Positions 49,297 through 61,688 are shown, numbered from the whole stretch's first letter. The stretch is 63,936 nt of DNA, filler included, from Pelomyxa schiedti (GCA_020536535.1; 10 parts of 10 records of this genome joined end to end with filler, not necessarily neighbours in it); one strand, 5' to 3'. The notes: a model not told the origin generated them from the letters alone. Numbers and translations: made by a program.

Positions 49297-49643
49297 TTCC
49301 CTTGTGTGTTCTTTTTTTTTTGTTGTTGTTGTTGTTTTCCGAAGTTATATGGCCACGGCTTTGCCGATCCAAAGCGCAAAAAAAAAAAAAAAAAAAAAAC
49401 CCCGGTCGTGTGACGGTAGGGGGGTGTTGGTTGGTGTTATTGTTGGTGCTGTTTCGTTGTTGGTCCCTTCGCCGAAATTATGGGCTTCTGGGATCTTTCT
49501 CAACACTCACAGACGGACCTGTCCCACAATGGTTCAGGTGCACTCTCTGCCTGTCTGATCTCATCACCGAATTTTTCTGTTGTAGTTCTATCAACATTGT
49601 GTTTTTGTATCTATTCTAAAACCGCAGGGAGTGAGAGTTGGAA

Positions 49644-50664
49644 TCAGGATATGAGAACATGTGGGAGCTTGGGGTTCCTCACAAACTTGAACTGTGCATC
49701 GCAGCAACACATGTTCACTGTTGGGAAAATGGGAACCGATGTGTCAACATCAGTGAATGTGGTAAGAAGCTCAAGGTTCCTGAACACTCTCACAAGCCCA
49801 CGCCTTTTGTCTGGTGTGAATTCAAGAAGGAACGATATCTCATCTGACTCTGAGACAGGACTTTCTTCTGTCTTGTAATCCTCAGCCAGGGTCAGGCCAT
49901 TGACCTTGGGTTCATCATTTGATGTTGAGAAACCAAATGAAATGAGATTGGCTGCTTTGTTGAGTGTATCACATGTGACTGGGTAGAATCCACCACTGCC
50001 TATATATTTAGCTAGGCTCCCAAGTTCTCTCAGTGATGAGGCTGCCCCAACTCCTTCCTGATAGCAAGGGTTAATCATGCATTGTTTTTAGGTTTTCACT
50101 AGTGAAGAAGGAACCTGGCAAGCACCACCTGTGTGCCTGACAATATGAAATGCCCAATACACTTTCCCACAAAGCCCAGCAACTTCCTGAAGTGATGGTT
50201 CCAGCCACGCAATCCTGCCACCAACAGTGCTCCCACAAGAACCACCCTTGACGTTGACCCAAGTGATCACATCACCAACCACAGCAACACCCTTCCCAAT
50301 CGTGTTCCAAGTTCCACCCTCATACACTCTCACAAATCCTGGCACAGTGGTTGGTAACTGTAGTTTATTCTTACTATGATAGTCCACCACATAAAACAAA
50401 TGATCCACACACACCCATAACCCACTCCACGATGATCCTTGCGACGTGAAATGGGACACACAATCGATACATCAGAGTCCTTGATCCTGTCCTCTCGCCC
50501 CAGCCACACAGGAACGAAACGATTCCCTTTCTCTCACGGTCCCACTCTCCCATAATCCCTGTTGTTGTTGTTTGCGCAGTTTGTTGTGTTGGTTGTTGCG
50601 GTGTTTGGTTTTGTGGTTGCTCCTCTCGTTGTTCTGTTGCTGACGCCCTTGCACCCATCATCAT
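49644..50664 (-). CDS. F-box-like motif + SPRY/B30.2-like beta domain, tandem copy 1
   Basis: ERKGIVSFLCGWGERTGSRTLMYRLCVPFHVARIIVEWVM; STVGGRIAWLEPSL; ISFLLEF...LVRVFRN...PIFPTVNMC. Confidence 0.6.
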
Positions 50665-50758
50665 CGTTCAACAGTCCGATCAAATTTGTGGACAAATCAA
50701 CAGACTGCTGGAGCAAACTGGTTTCTATACTAAACTCAACAGGGAGTGAGGGTTGGAA

Positions 50759-51735
50759 TCAGGATATGAGAACATGTGGGAGCTTGGGGTTTCTCACAAA
50801 CTTGAACTGTGCATCACGGCAACACATGTTCACTGTTGGGAAAATGGGAACTGATGTGTCAACATCAGTGAATGTGGTAAGAAGCTCAAGGTTCCTGAAC
50901 ACTCTCACAAGGCCGCGTCTTTTGTCTGGTGTGAGTTCGAGCAGGAATGATATCTCATCTGACTCTGAGACAGGATGGCTCTTTGCTGCGTTGGAATTCC
51001 CGTCATCAGGGTTGAGGCCATTGACCCTGGGTTCGATGGATGATGTTGACAAACCAAATGAAATGAGATTGGCTTGTAGGTGGAGTGTTTCGCATGTGAC
51101 TGGGTAGAATCCACCAGTGTCTTCATATGCACCCAGGTTCCCAAGTTCTCTCAGTGATGAGGCTGCCCCAACTCCTTCCTGAGAACAACAGTTACAGGCA
51201 TGCATGTTGAATAATAAAAGGAACCTGGCAGGCACCACTTGTGTGCTTGACAACATGAAAGGCCCAATACACTTTCCCACAATTCCCAGCAACTTCCTGA
51301 AGTGATGGTTCCAGCCACGCAATCCTGCCACCAACAGTGCTCCCACAAGTACCACGCCCACATTCTAGCCAAGTGATCACATCATCAGCAACCATAACAC
51401 CGCCCCCAATTATGCTCCAAGTTCCACCCTCATACACTCTCACAAACCCTGGCACAGTGGTCAGTGTGCTGAGAAGATAACCTGAGAAACAAATGAGCCA
51501 CACACGCACCCATAACCAACTCCACAATGATCCTGGCAACATTGAATGGGACACACAATCGATACATCAGAGTCCTTGATCCCGTCCTCTCACGCCAGCC
51601 ACACAGGAACGAAACGATTCCCTTCCTCTCACGGTCCCACTCTCCCATAATCCCCGAGTTTGTTGTTGGTGCACTTTGTTGCCGTGGAGGTTCCTTTAGT
51701 GGTTCTGTTGATGAGGACGTCGACACACCCATCGA
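50759..51735 (-). CDS. F-box-like motif + SPRY/B30.2-like beta domain, tandem copy 2
   Basis: Near-identical paralog of 49644-50664, diverged mainly in loop segments. Confidence 0.6.
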
Positions 51736-51791
51736 TGGATCAGATCAATTTTCTGCGTGGTTGTTTTTCTAATTAATAATAGCACTCGCAT

Positions 51792-52549
51792 CAAAAAGCG
51801 CCAAGGTTTTTTATTGCGCCAGCATTTTTTCGTCTAAAATCAACATTCTTGTTTTGGTCGGTGACTAAAGGCGGAAAGTCTGGGTGCAAGCCATGTCTGT
51901 GGACCGCGAGGTGAGGGAGAAGGTCATGGGGATGATAACGCAACTACAACAACTCTTATAGCAGTCAGTTGTACTCTTAATGTGCAAACACCATTGCTCA
52001 CAAACAAATGACTGAAGTGTGTGACAGGAGAGAGCAGACCCCATGTTTAGAATTGAACACTGTTGGAGTGGAGCCACCAGGCTTTGATGTGACCACTGTG
52101 TTTGCACCAGTGTCAACACCAACGCCGTGTATTCCCTATTAATAATTAATTATAATACAATTGAATTAATTAATAATAATTCAACAGCTTGCACTAGTTC
52201 TCCACTGCCACAGAGGAAGCCCCTCCACCCCAAGAGGGCACAGAGTTATGTTGCAGCTAAAGCAGCTGACAAACAGAAAGCCACCACACTTCAGGCACAC
52301 CACCACCCCCAACTCCACTCTCTGCAGGCGAGGGAAGTATTTCGACCAGCTGATGGTGTCCCTCAATTGTACTCCATTGGATTTCCAAATGGCTAAGCTT
52401 GTTTTCTTAATCACAGTCATTTTGACTTCACCTCGCGGTCCATGTCGCTGCCTGCAGCCAGACTTTCCGCCTTTAGTCACCGACCAAAACAAGAATGTTG
52501 ATTTTCGACGAAAAAATGCTGGCGCAATAAAAAACCTTGGCGCTTTTTG
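51792..52549. mobile_element. Non-autonomous DNA transposon (MITE/foldback-like), 758 bp, ~120-bp TIRs
   Basis: 51792-51914 is the reverse complement of ~52428-52549 (first ~90 bp differ at one position). Termini CA...TG; flanks CTCGCAT / CTCCGCAT resemble an imperfect 7-8 bp TSD. Confidence 0.75.
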
Positions 52550-52631
52550 CTCCGCATGCTCTATGGTTGTAATTAATTATTATTCTACTCAAGGCTACAA
52601 GGAAAGTTTGTTGATTGCGTAGTTGAAATAT

Positions 52632-52763
52632 TAATCACGGGATATGTAGCAGATAACTAAACCAAACACAGTTGAGATAAATGCCAATCCAGCAACTATG
52701 AAACAGATAATGCTGATGGTGAGGTCGTTTCCGCCCATATCATCAGGGTCGTATTTGAAGAAC
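52632..52763 (-). CDS. 3' end of a paralog of the two-TM protein at 48200-49296
   Basis: FFKYDPDDMGGNDLTISIICFIVAGLAFISTVFGLVICYISRD* vs FFKYDPDDMDTNDLTVGVLC...CIGRD*. Confidence 0.7.
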
Positions 52764-52863
52764 NNNNNNNNNNNNNNNNNNNNNNNNNNNNNNNNNNNNN
52801 NNNNNNNTTAATTAATTAANNNNNNNNNNNNNNNNNNNNNNNNNNNNNNNNNNNNNNNNNNNN

Positions 52864-54224
52864 GCACGGGCACGAACACGGCGGGGTGCCGCAAGACCCA
52901 GTGAGGCTGACCCGCCGCCGGCGGGCGTCGTGGGGGCCGTGGGCGGCGCTGGCCGGGGCGTGCGCGGCGTCGTGGTGGGCGACGGGGTGGGGGCTGCTGA
53001 CGTGGTCGCTGGTGGTGGTGGCCGCGCTGGACGGCGCGTGCCGCCGCGTGAGGAAGAGCGGGCTGTGGCAGAACCTCCACCTCCTTTTCTACGCGGTATT
53101 CACTTTGACGTGAGCGACGTGTTTTTTTTTTTTGTTTTTTTTTTTTTTTTTTTTTTTTTTTGTTTCTTTTTTTTTCTTTTCTTTTCTTCTGTCCGGGTAT
53201 AACTGGTGTGCTCTTTATTTTTTCCCCCCTTTTTATACACTGGGTTTACTAGCTTATTTATGTAATAAGTGGGGGGAGTTTTCCTTGGTTCATTTTTCTT
53301 CTTGTAATTTCAAATTTTTTTAGGTATATTGGAGGACTGTTGTGGGTGATACGGCGTCTTCCCAGGCCAATAGCTTGTTTCCTCGCCGGGAAGATGGGGC
53401 AGACCTACCATGCAAAAACAATGACGCACGAGGATGCCAAGGTTGACAAGCAAAGTTCTTCCTGTTTGAATTTATAGAAATTCTTTCACACTAGGCTTTT
53501 ATTACATACAAAGGGGAAATCCGCCACGACCTGGGAGAAAAGATTATCCCCTACGAGATTGCTAGAACACTTGTTCTCAAGGGTCCCACTAAAGTTGGTG
53601 TGATACAGTGCCCATGCCGCGCAAGTAAAGAACATGGCTGCACCCCAATGGATGTACGCTTACTTCCAAACCCTACACCCACCAAAGTCCTCACTCAATT
53701 CAACCAAAACAAAACAAAAGGTGTGCATGGTTCTTGGATCCTTTGTCGACCCAACTGCGAAACTGAAGCCGCTTCGGTACCTAACAACCCAAGAAGCCGT
53801 GGAGCTTCTCGAGGCCGAGCACAAGCGAGGCCACGTGCACACCGTGTGGTTCAAGGACATCTTCGACGGCCGCGCTTTTGCCCTCTGCAACTGCTGCAAG
53901 TGCTGCTGCGGCGGCATCGAGATCATGATGAAATACGACGCCCACAACATGATTTCCTCCGGCTACGTAGCCTCTCGATCAGACATCACAAACACTGCCG
54001 AAACCGCATCACCATCACAAGCCGCCGGGTGTGTTGGCTGTGGAATGTGTGCCAGGAGCTGCCCCTTCAACGCCATTACTCTATCACCAGGAAAAGGTGC
54101 CATTGTGGACCAATCAAAGTGCCTTGGCTGTGGTGTTTGTGTTGAGAAGTGCCCAAAGAAGTGCCTCAAACTCCAGAGAGACCCAACAAAGCCACCCCCA
54201 CTTGCCCTGAATGAACTATTTTGA
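52864..54224 (+). CDS. Prokaryote-type multi-[4Fe-4S] protein (CxCR / CNCCxCCC + 2x ferredoxin), 5'-partial, multi-exon
   Basis: TYHAK, IIPYEIAR, QCPCR, VCMVLG, EAVELLEAEHKRGHVH, LCNCCKCCCG, CVGCGMCARSCP, CLGCGVCVEKCP, RDPTKPPPL. Confidence 0.85.
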
Positions 54225-54320
54225 GGGAAAAAAGCCACAGCTTTATTGTTGGTTTTTTTTGTTTGAAACAGGTGTTTGCTATTTTTTTGGTTGTAATTTT
54301 GGTGTAAATTGGTGAAGGGA

Positions 54321-56026
54321 TTAAAGAAGGCCAGATGTGTCGGAAAGCAGCTTGTTTTGTGTTGCCGTCATCATCAAATCAGCTGGGATAACCTCGAAGA
54401 ATTTGTGCGCATAGTGAGGCCACAGGAGGGTAACCATGCCAGAGATTGCAACGTAGGTGAAGGTATAGTGGAGTCCTTGAACAACCTTGTACCTGTAAGA
54501 AGGTTAAGATGAAGAAATCAGTACTTGTGCATTACCTCCACCAATAGGGTGCAGCCAGAGCGACAACTGCAACAAATGGTAACGCCAGGAACCAGACGCT
54601 ATAAGCGGAACCAAATACAATGTAGAAGAACCGCTTGGGCTTATTTACTTCCTCCGCCAAAGTAAAGTAAAGCATGACGATGAAGTACGCCATAGTAAGG
54701 AGTCTTTTTGCGAGTTAGAGGACAAAAGAAGTCTCCGTCTGTTATGTACCTGAGAATGAGCAGAATAATTCCTGGGGGAGTGGCGTACATATATGTGTTT
54801 TCTGCATCATCCACTGCAACAGCTATTGAAGATTGAGGAAGAACGCAAGAAAAAAGGGAAGATAACTTACCGGACCAAATGTAAAGGGCTAGGTAGGCTG
54901 CCGCTATGGATCCAAATAGTGCAGCCATAAGCTTTTTGCCTGTCAAGGCTTGAGTAGTAATGACCCATCCCTTGGCCAGGACAATGAGGATGAATGTGAA
55001 CATTACTTCCACTGCCATATCGAGTACTAACAACCATTTAAAACTAAGAACCTGGCGTACAAAACATACGATCGCCGATGTCCAAGCAGGCTGGGCAACC
55101 AATACCATTGCTCTTGTAAGATGCCCAGTGGCTCATACTGAACATCATTGAGAAGGAAATTACAATGATACAAATTCCCAGAGCTTGCAATATCTTAAGT
55201 TTTGTTGCGTTTAGTTAGGTTGATAAAAGATCTAGTGAGTAAAAAAACGCACAGCATGGAATTGCTTCTTTCTGATATAAAAGTAGTCAGCAAGTCCACT
55301 TATACCAAGTAGAAGCAAGTAGAAAGTGAAGAATGTGGCTGTCATTTGGAGCATTCCTTTTTTGGCAAGTTAGACAAATTTCAAAATAGTTTGGTACAAA
55401 CCGTGTTCGTCAAAAGAAAATTGAGACCCATCGACGTTGATGAACTCAATCTTGTACTTTCCTTCGATAGTCACCCCCTCGCAGTTCATCATTGATACAT
55501 ACCAGAAGTGTGGCCTGACAACGTCATGGGGTGTTATACGTTGCTGATGATTTTTGCCATCATAGGACAACGACCAATCGAGAGACGATGAGTCGAGCTA
55601 GAAGATGTAAGGAACAAGAGAAGAGGGGGTGTTTTGGGTGGGTGAAGGCCAATAAAAAGCGCACCGTGTCCCTGCAGGACATGCCAGTGGTGTTGTGGTA
55701 AACCGCTTCCCAATCGGGGTCGCCGTCGTCATAGAACAGAGCCCAGTAGACTTTTTTGCTCGCGTTCGATACGTACGTAACGGTATAGTTTACGATGATT
55801 TTTCCGGTGTTATAGTCTGCAGAAGATCCCCTTCGTCAGAACGCATATCGCCAATTTAACAATAACGTCACGTACTTGAGGAGTTCGAATCGGCATTCGT
55901 GAAGCAGAACTTGGAGAAATAAACGAGGTCGTCCTTGGGGTCTAGGTTGAAATTGCCCTCTTTTACTCTGGCCAACGCAGATGCGGCCAGGAATGCGACC
56001 GCGACAAGACCGACAACGTACCGCAT
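54321..56026 (-). CDS. GPR180/TMEM145-like (GOST family) signal-peptide + 7TM protein, multi-exon
   Basis: Signal peptide MRYVVGLVAVAFLAASALA; VYFSKFCF; RPHFWYVSMMNC; QFSFDEHG; ILIVLAKGWVIT; multiple TM helices. Confidence 0.75.
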
Positions 56027-56907
56027 CACCTCGTTGAGATCTTTTTTTTTTTTCTTTTTTTACCTTGAGCTTTTCGTTTTTCTTTTTCGTCTATCCTTCT
56101 AAAAGGAGAAAAAAAGACAAGAAGAGAAAAAAAATGTCAATTGGCTGATGTTCAACGGCCCTGTCAGAAACAGATCTGTGGGGTGCACTCGGGGCGTGGT
56201 CTATGCCACAATGCTGCCACAATTATGGGAGTGCCACTGAACGAAATCCGCCTCAACTGTTCAGTCCCGTGGTTGTTACCAGAAAAAGCAACACAATCTC
56301 TCATACTTCCGTAAGCGTAGCTGGTCACAACCCACATGGCAGTTTCTCCCCAAAATGCTTCCATACAGGGGATTATATCCAGAAGAAACGCCTTCCCCAG
56401 ACCGTGGCGAGAGAGAGATCAATCAGGAAGAAACATCAAAATTGCTGTGACAGTTCGTTCGCCTCTTTGATTTCATTTTTTTATCAATAAACAAACTACC
56501 GAGCCAGTGACAAACCAATAAAACAAAGAGGAAAAAACCCACAGTGTTGGTGGGGTAGTTGTAGTTAGTATAGGTTTCAAGTTTTCAGTCAAAAACAACA
56601 AACAAAAACAGCTCAACTTTCAACAAAAGACCGACAGCGTAGCCGTAACAAAACAGTTTAGTTGGCATCGTAGTCGACGTCATTGTGCAACTGCAACTTA
56701 TTGAGACGTGAGTGAGATTGAATATTTGGTGGTTGAGCGGGAGGCAAGGGCTACCTCTTTTTTTTTGGACCTCAGAGAACCGACAGAGGAGTGCCACTAA
56801 TTGTTGTTGGGACTTGATTTTCTTTGCTGCTTTGTCGTTGTTGCGGGGCAGATCGCGGCAATACAACAGCGTAAGGGGAACAACTTGGTGGCTCCTGAAT
56901 CTGGTAC

Positions 56908-58511
56908 ATGGATAGCCCCCCATTGGCTCCTGAATGGCACATTAAGCACCGCTCACTCAAGCAGAATTTCTGCCAGCAGCAGCCGGCGTACCATGCCACT
57001 CCCCCTTATGGGAACAGTGGGTTCTGCCCCCCTGTTGGTATTTTTTCCTTTTCTTCTTTCCACTTTCACTTTTCACTTTCCCCTGGGGTTTTTTTTTTTC
57101 CTTTTTTCCTTCTCCCCTGTGATTCTTATGTTCTGCAGATGCACATGGCAGACTTACAAGGACCAGGTCCTCTCCTTCCTTCTCCTCGAAAGAGAGAGAT
57201 AATGGGGGGGAATTTCGGTTCCAACCAACACAGCCAGCCAGACAGGTTTCCTATCTCATAAGTGGTACTTTTTTCCCCTAATGTATCACAGCCTCTACCT
57301 TCAACTCCTGAAATGTCACCTCTTCAGGGACAGCCTGTTAAACACCCTCCTTCTTCATCATTTGGAGCACTTCCGCAGCGCAACAAATCCTCTCCTCTAC
57401 TGCGAGGAACCCCGCTTCTCACCCCTTCCAATGTGCCAACGCGGTGCCCATCACCTCCTCTCCATCATCTTCAATCTGCTTCATCCAGCGTACCCCCTTT
57501 AGCAACTTGCATCACAGCTCACGTACCTCCAGCCCATTCACCTTCCATTGCCGTAACACCTCCAGGGGCATCACTAGGCGCCTTTGGGGGTGCATTGTCC
57601 AAGACAAAATCTATCTCATCCCCTTCTTTGACCACCCCTTTGCGCCACGTCAGTAACACAGTTTTCATCAGCACTACGCGCACCCCTTCGTCAGCACCAA
57701 CGACGCCTCCTTTGACACCAACTTCATCGTCTTGCAAGAATCTAAATTCTTTCCGGCTAAATGGAGCGGCATCCACTGCTACCCCTTCTCCTGCCTCCAC
57801 CAGCTCTCATGCAACATCCAATGGTCATGCAGTGAATGGAATCTCGAACGCCAATAATTGGCCCAGTCTCCCCCAAAAAAACAAGCAGCAGGCTTTTGTA
57901 CCCTCACCGCAGTCAACATGGTTGAATGGAAACAATGACTCAACCAAAGCTGCAGATGCTACAAAAGGTACACATTACCTCCATTACTATTTCCCTAACC
58001 CCTTTGCAGACAAGGAATCCTTTTCCATCCGTGTTCCAGGCTCTAATTACGTCTTATTGGGTAGAAGGAAACACAAAGCACCTACTGTAACACCACAGGT
58101 GAGAAATTTCCCAGTGAATAATTTCACCTTATCCATCATAGCCCCTTGTGGAACGTGCTTGCTGCAGCGAAACTGAAGTGGAACTGGGTGAAGATGAAGA
58201 AAAATTTTTAAGGGCACTTGGATGGGTGTCACCAATGGAAGAGTCTACCACACTAGTCATTTCTGAGAACGAGATAGCGGAGGTATTTACCTATTTACAC
58301 TTCTATTGAAATAAAACGAACAAAGTAATAAGGGCAACTTCCCAAACTGAGCCTCCAATGCAGGTGCAAGCCAAACTAGCCCAGCTTCGTCTTGATTCTA
58401 AAGAGCCTGGTGCTAAAATTGATGCGCATCTCCTTTTAGAACAATCCGTGTTGGAATGGCAGAAGCGCCGTGCAACTACCAAGGCGGTGTCAAAGACAAG
58501 TGACGATCACG
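56908..58511 (+). CDS. Ser/Pro/Thr-rich hypothetical protein (multi-exon, 3'-partial)
   Basis: Long low-complexity ORF 57262-58176 with GT-AG-bounded exons; no recognisable domain. Confidence 0.45.
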
Positions 58512-58611
58512 NNNNNNNNNNNNNNNNNNNNNNNNNNNNNNNNNNNNNNNNNNNNTTAATTAATTAANNNNNNNNNNNNNNNNNNNNNNNNNNNNNNNNN
58601 NNNNNNNNNNN

Positions 58612-59832
58612 AATCCCAGATTTCGTACCATGTTGGGCTACTTCCCGCCATCTTGAAGGCAAAAAAGCGACTCTCTGTGGAGTGCATGTCCGCCACATCC
58701 ACATCACAGTATCCAATGCAAAACAACGAACCACTGAGCTGACCGAGGCTCATTGCGTAGCAAACTTTCCCCTTGTCTCTGACTCTGGTGAGCAGCGTTG
58801 TTTGCCTCCCGGTTCCTTCCTCAATCACAGTAGCATACCCCCGCCTGTCTGGGTGTTGAGTGATCACAACAAAGGTGTGCGCGCCACCAAGGAGCCTGCT
58901 CTGGCACACAACAGCTGATGATGGACACGTATAAACCACAGAACGTGTCGAACTTAATTTAGTGAGGCTCTTTGTTGCCCACGTCTGGGCAATGCAAACC
59001 AGCCTCAGGCTGACCAAACTTGGAAGCTCTTGTGTTCTTGCCTCCCCAAAAAACATAAGCACTGCCTCATCATCAGCGGCACGGTTGAAAAAAAGATTCA
59101 ATGAAGAACTGCGCAAGTAAAACTTCGGAAGGACAAGAGCCTGAGGCACATCAACAACGCGCCTTGATCCTGCATCCATCCCACAAGTTGGTGTGATTGC
59201 CAGCCGAGACCCTCTCTCAAGCCACTCCAAGAGCCATTTCTCGTTGGCCACCGCCTTCACCGAGCCATCAGCTCCCTCCCACAATCCCACCCTTTCTCCT
59301 GTTGCGAGGCTGGTGAGCTCCCAAGAGTAGTGACCAGCATTACCCTGTCTTGCGTGGAGTGCATTTTGTGTGTTGACAGACACCAGTTTTCCAGTTACCC
59401 CAGTCCTGACGTCCCTCCAACACGTCACACCCCTTGTGATTGATCCAGTGATTGGCGAGAACCCAAATGTGATCACTTCTTTTCCAGAGTCGACCCGCAA
59501 GGAGACATTCGATTGCGCCTCCATGAGCCACTCCCACAGCACCTTGAGGGCCAAGTGGAAATGATTCCACTTGTTGTTGCTGTTGTCATTGTGTGTACCA
59601 CCGCGAGGGTGAGTTGACACCAACAACATGGCAACCAACTGGTCACGCAGGACGCCACCACGACCATGCCATTGGGCAGCTGCGACGACGACGACACGGG
59701 GCTCTTGGGCACCAGTGCCGGGGTTGATGAAGGTTGTTGCTGCTGCTGTGGTTCCAACGATGGTAGTGGTGGTTGGAGTGGTGGTGGGTGTGGCGTGGTT
59801 TGTTTGTTCAAGCCGTCTGCGTCTTCACTCAT
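58612..59832 (-). CDS. Expanded family member (RDQL motif + beta-rich domain), 3'-partial; 5' ATG appears out of frame
   Basis: VLRDQLVAMLLVSTHPRGG...LKVLWEWLM, FSPITG, ANEKW, DEAVL. The ATG at 59832 is in a different frame from the motif. Confidence 0.6.
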
Positions 59833-60017
59833 TTTGCGGATTTAACTGGAACAAAACCTGCTTCAGGGAAGTTGTTGATGAGGACCCACAAAGAGTACTC
59901 TTTGTTGTTTCAGTGAACAACGCGGGTGGTTTATGATGTTTTCTTTTTTTTTGATTGCTGCCATCGCTTTGTGTGTGGCGTTCGTTGATAACCAACAAAA
60001 CACTCAATTAATAAAGT

Positions 60018-61256
60018 TCATGAGGTGCTCAAGAACTGGAGTTCTGTGTGAGAACGGGAGAGGAATGGCTGGCGCAACAGCCAAGTGCCAGTCACTGCAT
60101 CAACAAGGTCAACGCATCCTTCCTCTTGTTGCACCAATGCAATGAAGCCATTCCCACACTTGAACTTACCATTTATTGCGAAGATGCACACAGGTGTCTC
60201 AAAGTCATCAGTTGAGAACACACTCAGTGTTCTGTTGGTTCTGTCTTCTTCTGCAAAGTGTGTGTTATCCACCTTGTGGAACAACAGGTCTGAACAAGTG
60301 TGCAACACTTTCAGTGTACGGAGCGATCTAAGCTCAAACACATGGCTCTTGTTCCTTCTCTCAATCATTGGAACAATCAACTTGTGCCCTTTAGAGTGGA
60401 AAACCATGCGTTGAAGGCTTCCGAATCCGGGGAATGAGTCTGTGACCACCAGTTGTCCTGACTGATAACTCTTTTCCAAGTCAACACAGAGTATGGTAAA
60501 TTTGGCAGTGGAGGACAGATCTACAATCCTTATCAACAGTGCTGCTTCATCGTCATGGATCATGTCCACCCACTCGACGTGCCCTCTTACATCCACAACT
60601 CTGTTCACTCCATCATGCAACCCAAGTGGCCGAACTGCCACCCTGCCCACATGATCAAACGTGTAAAGAACAGCCCACTTGGTCCCCCTGCAAATCCGTA
60701 TGTACCCCCAGAGATTGCCAAAGCCAACCACCTCCTCCTCAGCAAAAGTCATCCCCACATGGTCAACAACTTCGATGTTCGACCTGCCCCCAATGCCCAA
60801 AACATCAATGACGCCCATCCACGCGCACATACTCACAGAAGATTGGATCCTGGTCCAACCCCGGCACTCCACAACGCCCAGTGTCAGGGACACTCCAACA
60901 CACACCACGTCGAATGGGCCATCAGTTGGCACATCTGTGTAATATCGGCAACCAGTGGTGGCACCTGCAACACCACCACCAACAACCACGACATCATCAG
61001 CAGAGACCAAGTTGCTCCCACAGATCGCGGAGGTCCTGGCGACGTGCGTGACGAACCTCTGGCCGACGTCGCACGCGAGCACGTGGTGGGGAACGAGGGA
61101 GGCTGGGCTTCCGGCGCCGCAGCGGGGCACCGCGGCGCAGGCGAGCAGGGCGGCGAGCTGGTCGCGGGCCCACAGGACGTGACGGGGCGATGCGAGTGCA
61201 CCACGCACCCCAACGCGTCGTGGTGGTTGCTGTTGTTCCTGTTGTGCCTCCTTCAT
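60018..61256 (-). CDS. Expanded family member (ARDQL motif + beta-rich domain), intronless
   Basis: WARDQLAALLACAAVPRCGAGSPASLVPHHVL; VSLTLGVV; GTKWAV; DEAALL; DLVDAVTGTWLL. Confidence 0.75.
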   Translation of the reverse strand: MKEAQQEQQQPPRRVGVRGALASPRHVLWARDQLAALLACAAVPRCGAGSPASLVPHHVLACDVGQRFVTHVARTSAICGSNLVSADDVVVVGGGVAGATTGCRYYTDVPTDGPFDVVCVGVSLTLGVVECRGWTRIQSSVSMCAWMGVIDVLGIGGRSNIEVVDHVGMTFAEEEVVGFGNLWGYIRICRGTKWAVLYTFDHVGRVAVRPLGLHDGVNRVVDVRGHVEWVDMIHDDEAALLIRIVDLSSTAKFTILCVDLEKSYQSGQLVVTDSFPGFGSLQRMVFHSKGHKLIVPMIERRNKSHVFELRSLRTLKVLHTCSDLLFHKVDNTHFAEEDRTNRTLSVFSTDDFETPVCIFAINGKFKCGNGFIALVQQEEGCVDLVDAVTGTWLLRQPFLSRSHTELQFLSTS

Positions 61257-61688
61257 TGATGACGTGAAGTCCAAATTTACGGAAATTATGTGGCGAGGCA
61301 ATCAGCCCCAGGGTTTTTCCGTTGTCACTCCTAATTTCTGGGAGGGATAGGAACAGTATTTTCAACGACGCATCGTGGCGTTCGATGTTCAGTCTCATTT
61401 CATTGCCTATGTATGTATGATCGACTTTTGGGACTGCCCAAACTTTTTCGGGGTGCACACGAGCGTGTTTCTGGGAAAACAGTGTGCACACAGTTTGCAG
61501 CACGCCAACGGCCAACAGACACACCAATGTGCTTCCCACCCCAAAAAAATCAGGCACAGCCTGGACCATTTTTTTGTTTTTGTCGATTNNNNNNNNNNNN
61601 NNNNNNNNNNNNNNNNNNNNNNNNNNNNNNNNTTAATTAATTAANNNNNNNNNNNNNNNNNNNNNNNNNNNNNNNNNNNNNNNNNNNN

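Noticed and set aside
46087-54224. Bacterial contamination as the source of the prokaryote-like genes
   Set aside because: They carry short GT-AG introns and share scaffolds with eukaryotic genes.
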